The position numbers and the translations under genes were made by a program. The notes beneath the pieces are model-generated. The model ran no database searches and had not been told where the DNA came from. It worked only from the letters and a program-made list of their open reading frames with translations. Shown in pieces: positions 62,401 through 64,000 of a stretch of 64,000 bases of DNA (positions are counted from its first letter, which is position 1; each line of letters begins with the position of its first letter). This DNA is from Paraspadella gotoi (taxonomy: Eukaryota > Animalia > Chaetognatha): NCBI GenBank assembly GCA_051294375.1, contig CM119264.1, positions 19,165,590 through 19,229,589 on the forward strand, read 5' to 3'.

Positions 62401-64000
62401 GCGTGGTTACCCTAGGGACGGTATCGCTTTGCCAACGGTAGAGGAAAGTCATTAGGGGTTACTGTGGAGTGTGGATGGAAACACGTACTGGGATGGTGTG
62501 TTCCCCTCTGATCCAATGGTATTTGGTGAACGATGGTGGATGCGAGGCAGTGTGATATACCTGCCACACGAAACAAGCTTTGCACGTGACAATGCGCGCC
62601 ACGCGCCTCCGCCTCCCCTCCGTTCCTCGCGGTGATTCCCTCTTGAATTACGAGAAGTTAAATTCGGCCTCTCTTCGAATCAAGTTTCGAGGATAGGGGG
62701 GGGAGGGAGAGGAGAAAATGGCGAGAACGAGAGCTGAACATGATTCTCTAAACAGAAAGAACATGTGGTTACAATTAATACCTTCTTATGGCCTTCTTAA
62801 CGGTTCCCAAAAAAAAAATTTTCCATCATATTACCCGTTCGAATGTTGTAAAAAGAAAAACAATGATCATTGATAGATAAAAAGAGCCACAGGTAATGAT
62901 TTCAAAACGGGGGAGACTCGAGCGCTTTCGTTTCATTTATTTTTTTGCGGTGGAATAGTTATCTCGCTAAATCATGAATCGAGAATGAGAGAAAATGACG
63001 AGCCTGTCTCTTCTCTTATGGGGACTTTATGGGAAAAAACGGTTGAAAGCAGGGCGCATCGAACGTAGACCGTCATAACCGCGAAAAGGCGTTAACAACT
63101 TTATGAGCGCGGACAAAAGCAGGGACAAAGCTGGAACGCTCAATTTGGAGCGCGTTTTATTCCAGACCGACACAATACAAGAGACTGTGAGAAGTTATTC
63201 CCAATTATTACTGATCGTATGAATAATATTGGTTAATGTCATGACGGATTCTCACGTATACTTTAAAACTGTAAGTAATAAGTATATTTTGAATAGCAAA
63301 AAAATAAAAATAAGCACAAAACAAAATAAAACAAGCAAAAATTGCACTCGGAATCTCACATTCAAAGAATAAGTTGGAAGGAAAAAACATGTGCAAAGGA
63401 TTTTGATTGATATCAAATTCAACCGAAGTTCGTCGTCGTGCGGCAAAGCGCGCATTACTTTCCAGGACGAAGTCGATTGGTTGTTGGTTGAACTTGTTAA
63501 GGGTCTGGCTCGCTCGTTTCGAATTCATCAATTTTTGAGTGGTCAAAGGATTACAAAGTTTTAAATTAATTTTAGATATTGTATGCAGGGGTGAGGTGAA
63601 TTGATTATTACCGTAGAATGGTTTTTGTTTTTTCCCAAAAAATTTCAATCGTAATATTCGCACTTGGAAAATCTTAACATTATTTTTAAAAAATATTTAT
63701 AGCAACAAATGCTCGAGGGATTTTTAAGCCAAGTTGTGAATTAAGTGTTTTAAAAAATTGAAAAGGTGTTTCAATCCGCAAAACCAAATTCATCCATTAA
63801 GTAATGACAAAAAGTCCCTCCGACGCGCGGGAAAAGTAATTTCAAATTTTAATCGAGAGAGACTCCACCCCCCCCCGCCCCTCCGCCCCCATCTCACGCC
63901 CTTGGAGGATAGAATTTACAAAACTGTGGAAACACTGGAAGAGATTTTTGAGGAGGAAGGGGTTCGAAGAACGTTGCTAATCATATCCGGTGCTTACGAT

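Overview
This is AT-rich eukaryotic, animal-like genomic DNA with very short introns; the species cannot be determined from the sequence. The first 5.7 kb hold two compact spliced genes on the + strand: the 3' part of PUF60/half-pint (9 visible exons, one probable GC-AG intron) and a divergent 4-exon XK-related (XKR scramblase-like) membrane protein. The remaining ~58 kb contain no recognisable conserved protein gene, only a few orphan exon-like segments, CpG-rich promoter-like islands, many GA/CT microsatellites and several MITE families. Large-scale structures are a 3.5-kb-arm inverted duplication (11.1-18.3 kb), a ~6-kb direct duplication (40.9-46.7 kb vs 53.7-60.0 kb) and a ~6.5-kb 40-bp satellite. 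Both duplications abut 25-N gaps and are probably long-read gap-filling or haplotype artefacts. The most interesting signals are small and RNA-like. One is a miniature LTR-PBS-PPT-LTR element at 35.76-36.6 kb whose two very diverged LTRs, plus a third copy at 7.15 kb, keep the same multi-hairpin architecture with twister-ribozyme-like motifs. The other is a minimal type I hammerhead-like motif at 9.9 kb inside an inverted-repeat rod. All analyses were by eye; no alignment, folding or database search was run.
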